A stretch of 63,125 nt of DNA, counting the filler, from Nemertoderma westbladi (lineage: Eukaryota > Animalia > Xenacoelomorpha), in assembly GCA_032718475.1 (NCBI GenBank). It is 3 parts of 3 records of this genome, joined end to end, with 100 filler letters (N's around TTAATTAATTAA, not from the genome) between each part and the next. Parts side by side here need not be neighbours in the genome. Positions count along the whole stretch, not along the records: positions 1 to 21,039 come from JAUCBJ010003002.1; positions 21,140 to 50,468 come from JAUCBJ010008106.1; 1 more part is not named here. The stretch is one strand, 5' to 3'. Every line of letters begins with the position of its first letter. The stretch's first letter is position 1. Positions 12,318 through 24,988 of this stretch are shown in pieces. The position numbers were made by a program, and so were the translations under genes. The notes under the pieces were generated by a model. The model did not search any database, was not told the origin of the DNA, and saw only the letters and a list, made by a program, of their open reading frames with translations.

Positions 12318-14192
12318 TTTCTTAGAAAAGTTATTTGTAACCAAACAGTATTTAACAAACAAAATAATTTATGTAAGAAAACGAGGGTTTGGTCGATATG
12401 TATATATATGGGGTATGTATGTATATACAGTAGGATAAATGCAGTAGTGTGGTGTGGAGTGTATAACTGTAGCCATGTTATGTGCATATGTGCTGTATAA
12501 ACGTGCTGTAGGAAATGTCATCGAGTGGTACACATTGGTATTATTTAATAATCGTAAATCATTACCCGTACCCGAGCCTACAATCCTATGTAGCAACAAT
12601 TTTATGGGGTGACAACATTAGAGTAGTGCTCATACACTGTAAAAAATAAATAGCCTTTTCACCATAAAAAGGTCGCGTATAGCCCTGCTGCACTTCATTT
12701 ACGGTAAAAGGTATTAAACAAATTAATGCAAAGGCCATAAATAATATATGGCAAAAGCTGGTTTATTTCTTGTGATTCACCATAAAATATTTACGGCAAA
12801 ATAGGAGCTGCTCTGCTATAATATAGGCGGTAAACCTCTATAATAAAGTTATGGCGAAAATCAGTGGATTTCCTGGTTCGCCATAAAATAATTATGGTGA
12901 AATTGACCCTGCTGTTCTTTAGTCCACCATGGAACATGTTATGGCTAAAATACGTTTATATCTGGTGATTCACCATGTACATGCTATGATTTTTGCTATG
13001 GGGGTATTCCTGGTCACTGATTTCATTTCGAGGTCAGTTTTCACTTTTAGTGAAATCTAGTTTTTCTGTATGTCTCTCTGTCAGTCTTTCGGACTATCCG
13101 ACAATCTATCCGTCGAATATGAAGGTCACACCATCGAGGTAAAAGTTTAGTTATAGGGGTTTTCCTGTTCGCAGAATTCATTTCTATTGTCAGTTTTATC
13201 GTTTGATTCTATCTTTGTTTTTATCGTTTGTCTGTTTGACTGTCTGTTATATTTTGACAGACAGACATACAAACAGAAACGACAAGGCCAAATTTGAATA
13301 CTGACATCAGAAATGAAGTCACCGACCAAGAAAACCCATATAGGAATGTTTTTTAGACAGATAGTATTCTTTTTATTGACGGGCAGACCGACAGTCCATC
13401 GCATAGAGAATCATTTCGAGAAGTATGACAGATCTTGCTATACCGTTTTCAAATTTGGAATCTTGATATAAATCTGCTCTAGCTAAAATATGGAAAACGT
13501 TTTTTTAAAACTAAATAAACTAATATTGCAATTCATTGTTAAACAAATTGACAAATAACATAGTAAACAATAACATGACAAATAACGTGCTAACAAATAT
13601 TGCAAAACATTGTTATTTCATGACTAATATTGAAAAACATTGTTCCTAAGTCGCCCAGCCTGAGAGTTTTTTATTACTTTATGGCCAGTTATCAAACTTG
13701 CAATAAACTCAAAAAAACCATTTGGGAAAACGAAATTAAAAGCGTAAATAAGGCCTAAAGTAAATAAAATAGCGTTGTCAAAGCCATCCATGACCTTTGC
13801 GATAGTGTGTCCCTCGAATGTTATTACGGTATTTATATATTCGTTTTCCTCAGGGTCGAATACGACAATCAGTTTAATTGGTTACCCAGTTACAGTAACG
13901 GCCTCAACATTGTCCGATGTAGAGTCAACATTGTCCTGCCAAACGGTTGTCGGTTGTCGTAGCTCCGAAGTGTCATCATCATCTTCATCCCCAAGTAATA
14001 AAGATGCCTCTTCCTGATGAACATGAATAACAACAATTAATGTTATGAAGTTGTATTAAATAAGGGGGGTGCGTGTGGGTACACCTCCTTCGGTAAAATT
14101 TTCACATTTTCGGTTTTTATTTCATCATATGCAGAATTTAATGACGATTTCAAATCTTCAAAATTATTATCAAGATCTTTTTAGCGATAACT

Positions 14193-14283
14193 TTCTTTCT
14201 AACAGTTTGTCCATCGAAATTTAAGAAGACATTTATAGTATAAATGTCTTCTTAAATTTCGACGGACAAACTGTTAGAAAGAA
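14193..14283. repeat. Near-perfect 91-bp palindrome
   Basis: 45-bp arms, 1-nt loop (TTTATA-G-TATAAA), one mismatch. Confidence 0.9.
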
Positions 14284-14496
14284 TATGTATAAATTATACA
14301 AACAAACCGCCAGACAGACAAATTAGATATCCCCCCCCCCCCGTTACATTGATATCTCAACCGCACTGGAGACATAAACAAGTTAAAAATCCCGTAGGTG
14401 GGTTACCACACCTTAAGTGATAATAGTGACCTACAAAATAGATTATAGATCAAGATTACATAACGGTAGTGTATATTTATAAACCACCAATCAACA

Positions 14497-14575
14497 GCGT
14501 GGTCTAGTAAGTGGTGTGTGGTGACATCCCTGTGCTTTAAATCAGGAAGGCCTGGTTCGATCCCTAGATTAGGCA
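14497..14575 (+). mobile_element. Degenerate tRNA-derived SINE head
   Basis: GTGGTCTAGT (A-box like) and GGTTCGATCCC (B-box); no intact cloverleaf. Confidence 0.4.
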
Positions 14576-17533
14576 GCACAGTTTGGATATAAATGTGGTA
14601 AAGCTTAGGCCTATATAAAAAAAAAGCTAATATAAAAAATATATATAAACATAGCCTTCAACTCACCACTGGAAGAAAAGTGACTGAACCGCCTCCAAAA
14701 TACTCTCCCAATCCTAGAAGTATTCTCGCTCTCTCGTTAAATCCCCACTCACTAGCACGGGAAATTTCTCTTGATATGACCTCTTGCCTTGTCCTAGGCG
14801 TGACACCTTTGAATATTTTTACTATATTGACAATATGTGGATCAAATTGGGCGTAGCTTAGTTCCACGAGCGTTAGCATCTTGAACTCTTGTTTAACCTT
14901 GTGTACAAAGGAGAGAAGCAATGTATATATAAATGTAAATAAACAGCTAAAAAAAATGAACACTACTCTATCTTTACCTACTTCCTTTTCACAATTACCA
15001 TCTAATCGACCAGTAAGCAAACAATAGTCGTCATAAATTATGGATAATAGTTATATGGGAAAAATTCAACCTTAAGTCCTCAACTAACAATTTCCATCCG
15101 CAATAGTGCTGGGTACACTTTCAAAATATCCGCAACCGACGGTGATTCGGATACAACATATTCTCACCTTCTTGAATACGTTGCAGCCATTGCTGTAATT
15201 AGTGATGGCAGAGACGGCTGATCATCAGCCATGGCAGCCATAGCCTGGTCTTCCTCTATAAGCGATGTGGGTTTTCCTGGAAGAAAATTCACTACACCAA
15301 GTTTTCCTTTTTTAATGCCTTTGTTGGGACTCACACCTTTCCGTTTTCCGGCATTGACGCTTACTTCAGGTACTCCTAATTGCACCATCTCTCGCCTGTA
15401 GTCGGACATCCGACTTTGTAATTTTAGTACCCAAAGTTGAATCCCTGTTTTATCGAGAGGATCTTTCGATTTAAGTACAGGAAATTTCTCAACCAACAAC
15501 CCTGCCACAAATTCGAATTGGTATTGCTTTGGATATGGGGCGAATTTAAACATTTCCTGCACCAGTGGGGTCAACAAGGAAGACTTTAGTTTCTTCATAC
15601 ATACTAGTTCCGAAACCTCTTTGAGGCCATCTATCCGCTTCACCACATCCAGCCCGTAGTCTGGAAAAGAAAATGTACATTCAAAGGCTGCCGAAGTATG
15701 CTGCCGAAGGCCGAGCCTGAGACTATCCAATGGGCGAGCATCTTCCCCATGCGGATTTAGATTAACACTGCCACTAGCGATTGGAACATTGCCACTAGCA
15801 ATTGCGTCCTGTCGTGCCGACTTTACCAGCCACTGCTGAGCAACTTGGAATTTTAACGATAATAATGTCTCCTCAGGTATTAATTGAAGAACTTGTATAC
15901 TATTAATACCTGCATCTTTAAATTTATTAACAGTATCATCTGTAAATGAGTATCTTGCCAGGAACTCATTCCATGCATCCATTATAAAGATAAACCTCAG
16001 AATATCATAAATATACAATGCAACAATAGTTTAAATTGATTACACGATACACATTCGGCCTAAGCTATATACAGACAGATTAATATCCCTGTATCCATGA
16101 TGAGGTAAAATTGTCACACACCAACAATATAGATGTTATTGTAAGTTTACACAACTGACTGCTTCCCCCAAGTTAAATATATGTTTATGCTTTCGTGGAA
16201 CTGTGGAATACAGAATGAATGACTTTTATGTTTATACCCATGTAAGGGGTAGTAACCGCAGTCTGGCAGTACCGGTATCGAAATAATATAAACCTGTCTG
16301 CCGGTCCTTTCACCCTTTAGGCAGTTAGGCCTACCAGTCAGCTAGGGACGACATCACCTCACCTATGCCGGTACTACATTACCGGCACTTCGAACAGGCA
16401 GTAGGCAGACCAGACAGCCAGATTCAGACTACTGCTGTACTGTCTGACTCTGACTGTACTGCCTGACTGCTGTAACAGTCTGACAGTACCGCCGTCATGC
16501 CGTACCGGCATTATTAATTCTGTAAAATTAGGGTACCCATCATGCCCGTTGCCCAGGGTACCGGCAGACCGGTTCCGGTACCTTACCATATCACACTACA
16601 GCACTACCGGTCTGCTCTCTGCTCTGCTGGCTGGCTGGTTGCAGTAGTCCTACTGACCAGTAGTCCAGTAGACCGCTGACCGTTACATTGCTGCACTGTC
16701 TGACTGAATATGTCATCTGTCTGTCTGCAGTCTGTACAGCTGTATGCTGTAGGTTCAGACAATCAGACATTACAGCATTAGCTAGTAATAGCAGCTACCG
16801 GCAGACCGGTCAGCCGGTGACCGGTACAACTGTAGAACAGTAGAAGCCTACTCCTGCCCTGCGCCAGCAGTAGTTTCTATAATTATTGTAGGTATGCCTA
16901 CAGGAGTACAGCTGTACAGACGACAGAGGTAGATTAAGATATTTCTCTATTAGGCCTACTGCTGTACTGCATAGTAGCTACCGGTACAGCCAGACAGCTG
17001 CACTGCAAACTGCAACAGTTATAATAACAGAGAATGCAGTAATCAGTAATGTATGGTTCTGAAATAAAATGTCTACAATGTGACGGACCGCCGGAATTCA
17101 AATCTGCCTCCAATTTAATCATATTTCGGTTAATTAGGATTTCCCTTAAATAATTTATGGTCAAATATTTGCAATTTCTAGTGAAAATATACAAGATGTC
17201 ATAAAGCCACAGGCCATAAAATAATTATGGCGAAACACCTAATGTTGTTTATGAAAACTTAACTTAATCATACGGTGAAATTTATTCGTGAGTATGTTAA
17301 GATGATTTACCATATAGAATACGGCCAATTTATGTGGCATTAACTAAGGTAAGGTAGTTCACTGAATCATTTTTTACAGTGTAGATATATTATCTGTAAG
17401 CACTCGTATTCTTAGAAACAATGACTTCCTGATTCTCCTGGTTCTCCCAAGGCCAGTACGGTATCCCTTTCTAGTTGGTCTATATATATATCATAGCCAA
17501 GCGTCCAGCGCTCCTACGTCCTCGTCCGTACGG

Positions 17534-18296
17534 CTCCTCAGCTCATTAGAAGTTGCTGCTTCTAGTGTTGGTCTTTTTATTAACTCCAGAAAGACCAAAA
17601 TTTTGACAGTTAACTTTGAAAGTCCTCAGCAAGTCTCTGATCGGATGAGCATAAGCTCAAAAGATGGTATGCTTGAGCATGTGGACGACTTCTGTTACCT
17701 GGGATCATGGATCCGGAAGTCAGGTGAGGACCTTCGAATACGTAAGGGAAAGGCATGGGCAGCCTTGAATAGGCTTTCTAGGATTTGGAAGTCACAGAGA
17801 ATTAATCGGAAACGTAATGTCCGATTATTTAGAGCAGCAGTAGTTCCAGTACTCCTCTACGGGAGTCCGTGCTGGACTCTAACTGCTGAGGACACCAAAT
17901 CTCTGGATGGCACATTCACAAGAATGCTACGCCGGGTTCATTGTGTCAACATACATACATCTCCAACCAGACACTATATAACATTGGAGGTGTCTCATTG
18001 GTTCCCCCAAGCTTGACACTAGAACAAAATCGCCTCCGCTTTGCAGGACATTGCTTTCGCCGTGAGGACCAGCCAGTGCATAATCTTGTACTTTGGCAGC
18101 CTCATGGAGTGAATAAGCATGGTGGACAGCCCATGACTTTCTTGAGACGCATCTTAAAGGACACTGGCCTTGAAGATGCGGATGATCTAGCAAATGTCAT
18201 GGGTGATAGGGAGTTGTGGCGGTGCAATTTTGTCGATAAGCCGGCACAGCATTCTTAAAAATGCAGCTGCAATGCAGCATGCCGATCCTAGTAGTA
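17534..18296 (+). mobile_element. 5'-truncated RTE-clade LINE
   Basis: C-terminal RT motifs VGLFINSRKTK, VDDFCYLGS, RIRKGKAW, VLLYGSPCWTLT, RLRFAGHCFR; a frameshift near 17945; (TAG)n tail. Confidence 0.85.
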
Positions 18297-18447
18297 CTGA
18301 GATTCGAAAACTGCGTGGCAACAACTTTTCCCAAAGTAATATTATAGATGGCGAAGTAACTGAAGAGGGCATAGCCAATTAATTTTTGTCTATTTATTCC
18401 AATCTTTTTAATCCAGGGATGATTCTGAACTCTTGTCTTTGTATAAC

Positions 18448-18780
18448 GATAGATAGATAGATAGGTTTATTTATACATTATGTAACAACAATAACAAATA
18501 CAACAAACAATGTACTGGTATAAAGGTATTGTCCAACATAACATATAGGATTACCCCTAAAGCTTTGCAGCTTATTTCCAAGGGGGTCCTTTTTGTTACT
18601 TGGTTACAAATACAATATTACACTACGCTAACCTAAAACCAATATAAAACATAATTACACTATGTACATGAACAACTTTACCGAGAGCGTGACAATGTCC
18701 GATTCAACGATAAATATGTAATTATGTACAGAACATTTTATTAAAAACGTAATTACAGTATAAATAGCAAATAATTAATA
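18448..18780 (-). mobile_element. 3' UTR end of a CR1/L2-group LINE
   Basis: The minus strand has an AGGACCCCC...GGGGTAATCCT stem-loop, then AATAAA and a (CTAT)n tail. Confidence 0.45.
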
Positions 18781-18785
18781 AAATG

Positions 18786-18904
18786 GGGATGATCTAGTAA
18801 ATGTCATGAGTAATGTCATGGGAGTTGTGGCGGCGCAATTTTGTTCATAAGCCGGCACATCATTGTTAAAAATGCAGCTGCAATGCAGCATGCCGAGTAG
18901 TAGT
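18786..18904 (+). mobile_element. 3' tip of RTE LINE
   Basis: Diverged copy of the same RTE 3' end with a short TAG tail. Confidence 0.7.
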
Positions 18905-20164
18905 CCACCCTCACTATTTGGAGTATATGGAAAAATATGAAATATGTTTTAGTTTCTAGATGCCATGGCAACTCTTCAGAATTGTTGACAAAGTGTTTTT
19001 CATATCACTTAGTATTTTCACTTTCAGTATATAAAAGAGCGCATTCGAATCAAATTTTAAAGGTTCTTTCAAAGAATACCTTTTTGACATATAAGATAGG
19101 TTTTCATGTTATATGTGGCACATGCTTCCTCTAGCGGTAGACTGGAGAACTGTTCGCCAATCAACCTCCTCATAAAGTCGCATCATGTGGCCTAGTACAG
19201 TCCCGCTCTCAAAAAGCATTCCTTTGATCAAACATTGATCAAACTTTGATCAAACATTGATCAAAGTTTGATCAAATATTGAAATGAACCAGGCTTATAA
19301 ATCCTGCCATTGAGTTCTACCAAAGGCGCTGCACTTCAAAGTCTAGATTCCCACTGAGCCGTGTGTCAATCAAGCAGCCCTCTCTCTCTCTCTCTCTCTC
19401 GCTCTCCCTGTGTGTGTAATGCTCCATGTGCTCTGTAGGATGTCTGCAGAGCACACAGGACACCACGTCCATATCATACCATAGGTTTGTAAGCTATAGC
19501 CGTTATTTAAACCAGTTAAAGCCTAGGTTATAATAATTTACAGCGATTATCAGAAAATAACAACCGCAATTGAATCTCCACTTGGCGGTGTGGTGGTAAT
19601 GAAAGCAAGGGCGGGTATGGGCTGTGTGGAGTTTAATTCTGAGTTACGCAATGTGTTGGGTGGATGGCTACAATACATTAGAATGGGGGGGGGGGGGGGG
19701 GCAACTAAGCGTACCGAGGGGGAGGCCATGTGAAAGCATGCTATGAGCACCGCTATGATTTTAGAAGGGCTTGATCTCTTTGCGTAAGTAAATAATACCT
19801 AAGGAAATGTAAGGAATTTTATTAGAAATACGTTAGGACTTCTTACTGTGCACACCTACGTTAGTGCCCGCACCCCGCACTGAATTTGGAAGTTATTATA
19901 AGGTAATCGACATGCGACATCGACAACGGCCTCATCCATTAACATACACTAATTTAATTAATTCCCTAATTTCCCTAACGTACGTGCATACTAACGTCCC
20001 AAGACCACATTTTCCTTAGAAAATTAGACAACAATATTCAATGAATTAATTTAAAATTGTCGATCTAAAACAATAATTTATTGTTTAAATTATTATAATT
20101 AGAGACCGTTAGGGCTTCTTGCTGCCAAAATTGGGTTAGAAGAGAATGTGTTCGGACGTAGACG

Positions 20165-20462
20165 CTGTGCAGACAGAGGTGCCGACAGAGGTGCCGACAC
20201 AGGTGCCGACATAGGTTCCGACATAGGTGCCGACATAGGTGCCGACACAGGTGCAGATACAGGTGCCGACACAGGTGCCGACATAGGTGCCGACACAGGT
20301 GCCGACATAGGTGCCGATACAGGTGCCGACATAGGTGCAGACTCAGGTGCCGACATAGGTGCCGATACAGGTGCCGACATAGGTGCCGACACAGGTACCG
20401 ACATAGGTGCTGACACAGGTGCAGACACAGGTGCCGACACAGGTGCCGACATAGGTGCCGAA
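20165..20462. repeat. 12-bp minisatellite (AGGTGCCGACAY), about 25 copies
   Basis: Direct tandem array. Followed at ~20718-20910 by ~18-bp TTAGCCCGCGGGAATTC repeats. Confidence 0.9.
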
Positions 20463-21039
20463 ACTTTACTAAAGTCTTCCCAAGAAATTAGACATCCAAC
20501 TAACCCATACACACCGTTTATTGTTTTGGTTAAAAAACATCACCCCTTTAACCTGCTCCTTTCGATGTTTTTCATTAACGTTTTCATTGATGTTCTCAGA
20601 TACACTTGCGGTGACAGCACGGTGAAATCGCATACTGTGAATCACAGCATTTGGGTTGTGGTTACAGAGATGCGAGTGAAGCATTTACAGTCAACTGTAT
20701 GTTCGGTTGGGTGATGACTTAGCCCGCGGGAATTGTTAGCCCGCAATATGGGAATCGTTTACCCGCAAGCTTTCTTAGCTTGTGGGCAGGGCATCCTTAG
20801 CCCGAAAATAAGTTTTATTAGCCCGCGGGAATTCTTAGCCCGCAGGCATTCTTAGCCCACGAGTATTCCTAGTCCGGTGGAATTCTTAGCCCGCGGGAAT
20901 TCTTAGCCCACCAAGTGTTCAATTGACAATTAATAACTGAATAATTATTGTGACTTACTAGTTAGTTATTCATGTTCTATTCTAGGTAAACTGGTGAAAA
21001 CGTTAAACTGATTTTAGCTGGTTGTGGTATGTCTCCTAT

Positions 21040-21139
21040 NNNNNNNNNNNNNNNNNNNNNNNNNNNNNNNNNNNNNNNNNNNNTTAATTAATTAANNNNN
21101 NNNNNNNNNNNNNNNNNNNNNNNNNNNNNNNNNNNNNNN
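21040..21139. other. Assembly gap with TTAATTAATTAA linker
   Basis: N-run with a central palindromic six-frame-stop linker. Confidence 0.95.
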
Positions 21140-24100
21140 CCTCACCTCGTTCTGCCGCTTTATGATCAAGCCCCCCGACTTTCAATTAAGGGCGTTGGAC
21201 GTCGAGAACGACTCCCCACACCCCTCGCACTTTGCCAGGGGCCTGGTGGCGTCCGTCCGTACCTCAAGGCAAGGTTGTCCCGGCACACCTCTGGGTCGAG
21301 GTCAGTGTGGTCGACCACAGAGGGCTGCGCCGTCAACCATCCCCCAGTCTTATGGGACATCGTATGTTTGAAGGTGCGTCTTCGTCTCGAGGGAATGGCT
21401 TGGAGTGCGTTCGTCTGTATCACCTTGTAGGCCGCATCCTGAGTGATCCGGCTCTCAGCAAGGGCGGAGGTGAGACAGGCTGCGTGGTCCACGAGATGGA
21501 GGGGGCTACCCGTTGTCATGGCGTCAACCACCCCGACCGTTCCAGCGAGAGACGCTCACGGGTGGGGCCACGGCGCATCGTCGGATCACGGATCCCAATG
21601 CTGCCATGTCGAACTGGAAGGAGAAGCAACTCCTCATCGACAGACCCAGGCAAACCAAACAGAGCCGGGATAAACTGGCGCAACAGTGCCGAACGGATGG
21701 GCACCACATCCTCTACCACTGTGTCCACCACCCACAACAGGTAATCCCACTCTGCCTGAACACAGCGGGTCAACCCAGTGTGGGCAGTCTGGGGGAACTC
21801 CTCGGCCACCTCGGCGAGCCGACCAATACACCAGACCCACCCGGGGACCTTCTCGCCGATAAACTCGCGCAAACCCAGCGTGTCGCCCACATAACATCCC
21901 AGGAATCGGTGCCCGGAAACAATCCAGACCCCCGAGGCCCCAAACATCTGCCGTGCTCGCTCTGCAACCTCGGGTTTGACCACCAAGTAGGACTTGGTGG
22001 GCTCTGGGTTATAACCGATTCGGGGTCCAACACGAAGCAGCTCCTCCCACCAAGCCATCACCCCCTCGAGTGAACCTGCCGAGGAGGCATCATCGGTATA
22101 CCAACACTGCCTCTGTGAGACAGTTGGGCTGCCAGGTTCAATCAACGGCGGGTCAATGGGTTGAGTCGATGGCGGATCAGCAGGTGGAGTCGACAGCAAG
22201 GTGCTGGGTGGAGGCAATGGCGGGTCTGCAGTTGGAGTCGATGGTGAGTCGGTGGGTAGAGTCAACTGCGGGTCAGTGGGTCAAGTCAACAATGGGTCGG
22301 CTGGTAGAGTCGACGGCGGGTCAGCGGGTTGAATCGATGGCGCGACAGCTCATTGAGTCGGCATTGGGTCGGACTCGGCGGGTTGAGTCAACGGAGGGAC
22401 AGCGGGTGGAGTCAACAGTGGGTCGGACTCGGCGGGTTGAGTCGACGGTGAGTCTGCGGGTGGAGTCGACGGTGGGTCAGTGGGTAAAGTCGACGGCAGG
22501 TTGGTGGGATGTGTCGGATGAGGGTGAACATCCTGCAATGACCGAATCAAGGGAAGGGTCCCACAGCCATACCCATGCATGGCAGCTGGGTCGCCCTGGG
22601 TGCACCCCTCCCTGCTCCACAACGGCTTACTGGATCCCTGGAGATAGAGGGCCGTGTGTCCGTTGTACACATTGTACAAAAACCGGGAACACCGGCGCCA
22701 GTACATGCACGCGTTCCACAAGGCTACCGGGCGGCTAATGCTGTTGAACACAATTGCGGCGTCGACAAGGAGCATGCACTGGGAGGAGTCTTCCTCGTAT
22801 AACGCAGACATCGCGTGGACAGCGCCTTCGATGCCCACCTTAACTCCCGCACAGAGCTAGTCTGCCCCACACTCCATTAGGAAGTCCGTCTTGGTGACCG
22901 ACATGAGGCAATTCGTGAGGAGACGGTACAGAACCTCGCTGATACCAATAGGACGGACGCCGGGTTCCTTATCCACGGCTACAAGGCGGCAGGCCCGGAG
23001 AGCGCGAATCTCAAGCCAAGGTACAACCGAGTTGGCGAGGCGACAAGCCAACCCGGTGACGGCCTCACGGAGGCGGGAGCTGTGCGCCTCATAGCGGTAG
23101 AGGAGTGAGCTCCACAATTCAGCATCGCCACTGATCGGACCGGCTCCACCCCGTAGCGCGCGGGTAACCTTGAGGATGGTTTGTCCTGTGATGTCAACAT
23201 CCTCGAAGGCAGGCAACACGTCGCAGGACTCAAACGCATCCGGAGAGACATCCATCTGAGGGGGATGTTTTTCAGCAAGGACATCGCGAACAGTAACTCC
23301 CAGTAGTCGTCCCTTGGCCTGGCCACCACTGTCCCTGTCCGTAACAAGTCTGACAGCCGCCCTGTTCTGTCCCGCCAGAATCTTCCTATTATAAGCTCGG
23401 GTAGGGTTAACCTGGCGCAAACCGCTGGATTTGGCAAACTTTAAGCTGCAACGTTCAGCCTCCACCACCAGCTGTTGAAACTCCTCCCGTTGCCACATAC
23501 CGACCCTGCGCAATATAGTGCGCCGAATATCCGCTGACTTTTTAATCCCGGTGGAAAACAGTGGCAATAAAGCTGAGGGGCCGTTCCGAGGGATAGACCC
23601 CCTCAGTCAGCAACTCCAACTCCTGGGCGATAATATCCGCCACCTTACGTCCTACATTGCCGCCCGGCACGGTGTACAGGCGACCAGGTAAGCAGGTAAG
23701 GCGAGAGAAGCGAGTCTCCCATTCCGAATTCGCGGAAGACCCTGGAGAGTTCAGCCAAGGGCCACTGAAAGCGGTTTCCAATCGCTCTTTAGCTGAACTA
23801 CCAATAGGTGAAGGGGAAGACCCAACATTGCCCAATGATGAACTCCGAGAGATGTCGGGAAGAGACGGCAGGCTCAAGTCTAACCCCGACATGCGAGGAC
23901 GAGGGCCCTGGGTGACCACGCTCAACGAGGAATCCGTGTCGGAGTCGGAGTCACCAACTGGGAAACCAGTCACCATTGTGCTGGCCGAAATTGCGGCTGT
24001 TGAGTTTGAATGCGGGTTCAGACAACCACCGGTAGACATCGCGGTGCAGCTGGTACAGGCCGTCCCCCTCCGAACACATCCACAGCGACTCGATTGGCCA

Positions 24101-24200
24101 TACGCCCAGACCACACACTGGCAGCAACGCTGGGAGCCCTGCGACATTATCCAGAGTCGCCCAAATATATCGTCTCAAATTGTTATTAACACAATACAAA
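21140..24200 (-). mobile_element. CRE-clade non-LTR retrotransposon, decayed, 3' end lost in the gap
   Basis: N-terminal Cys cluster (CGCVRRGTACTSC). RT motifs GVRPIGISEVLYRL, GIEGAVHAM, LLVDA..FNSISR, SREGCTQGDP, WYTDD, GPRIGYNPEPTKS, LPVRHGSIGIRDP, GGWLTAQP, RDNLALRYG. Frameshifts and stops present. Confidence 0.82.
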
Positions 24201-24988
24201 AATAATTATAACATACAGATGTAAGTTGTTCACGGTATCTTATAGCCGCTGTAGGTACTTTCAGACTTTACAATCGTTATTTTATTGATTGCATAACTAC
24301 TGACTGACTGATTGAAGTCTTATGGTTATTGGTTTATGTATAACATTTATATTATCATTATATATTTAAGTGGTCTAACATCCATGTCGAATTAACATAA
24401 GAGTTTAAAAGGAGCAATGGATGGGTGGTGTATAGAAAAAACTCAGTTTCTTGCTATATTTGGTTACAAGTGAAAAAATCATTCATAGGAAGGGTAATTT
24501 AAGTACTGTATGTGTAGTTGTTATTCTAATCTACAAGAAATGCACCAATGTGAAAATAGTTAAAGGAAATTAATTAGGTACGAAATCAGGTGCAAATTTA
24601 AAAAATAGTTACAACAAGTGAAAAAAATAACATGAGAGGTAATTTAAGTATGTAAAAAAAATTAATAGGAGAGTTAATTTAAGTATATGTATTTTTTGTT
24701 GTTCTAATTTACAAAAAATGCACCAATGTGGAAATAGTTAAAGTAAATTAATTAGGTACAAAATCAGGTGCACATTCGAAAAAAAATTAGTTACAACAAG
24801 TGAAAAAATTAATAGGAGAGGTAATTTAAGTATATGTATTTTTGTTTTTATTTATTGTAAAAATACATATACTTAAATTACCTCTCCTATCCCGGAGTAA
24901 TCTGCGGCCTTCTTGTCTGCAAGACTGTAAGACTGTATGCTTTGGTACTGCTGTGTGACTGACTCACTGCTGTACTGCTGATCTTCTT

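Larger units (their letters stand above)
13624..15982 (-). pseudogene. SAMD3-like EnSpm accessory protein; exons ~15982-15089, 14897-14667, 14013-13624
   Basis: N-terminal SAM-like segment, then PYPK..FEFVAGLLVEKFPVLK, W..KL..RM.DYRR, TYSRR*EYV..PSV..ILKVYPAL, and C-terminal ITFEG...LGLIYAFNFVFP..FFEFI. GTTAGT and GTGAGT donors in phase. Two in-frame stops: TGA at 15164-15166 and a TAA in the last exon. Confidence 0.7.
12635..17381 (-). mobile_element. Non-autonomous EnSpm/CACTA (CACTG-type) element
   Basis: CACTGTAAAAAAT...ATTTTTTACAGTG termini with a TA duplication on both sides. Subterminal CACCATAAAA / TTATGGCGAAA repeats at both ends. No transposase ORF inside. Confidence 0.8.

Noticed and set aside
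20099-20714. SAPV/GADT repeat proteins (mucin- or antifreeze-like)
   Set aside because: A stop-free 12-bp minisatellite read on both strands; no splice or signal context.
21084-21095. TTAATTAATTAA palindrome (also at 50513-50524)
   Set aside because: Artificial linker centred in fixed-length N gaps.
21162-24205. Plus-strand ORFs over the CRE element
   Set aside because: Antisense shadows of a GC-rich coding strand, with no motifs.
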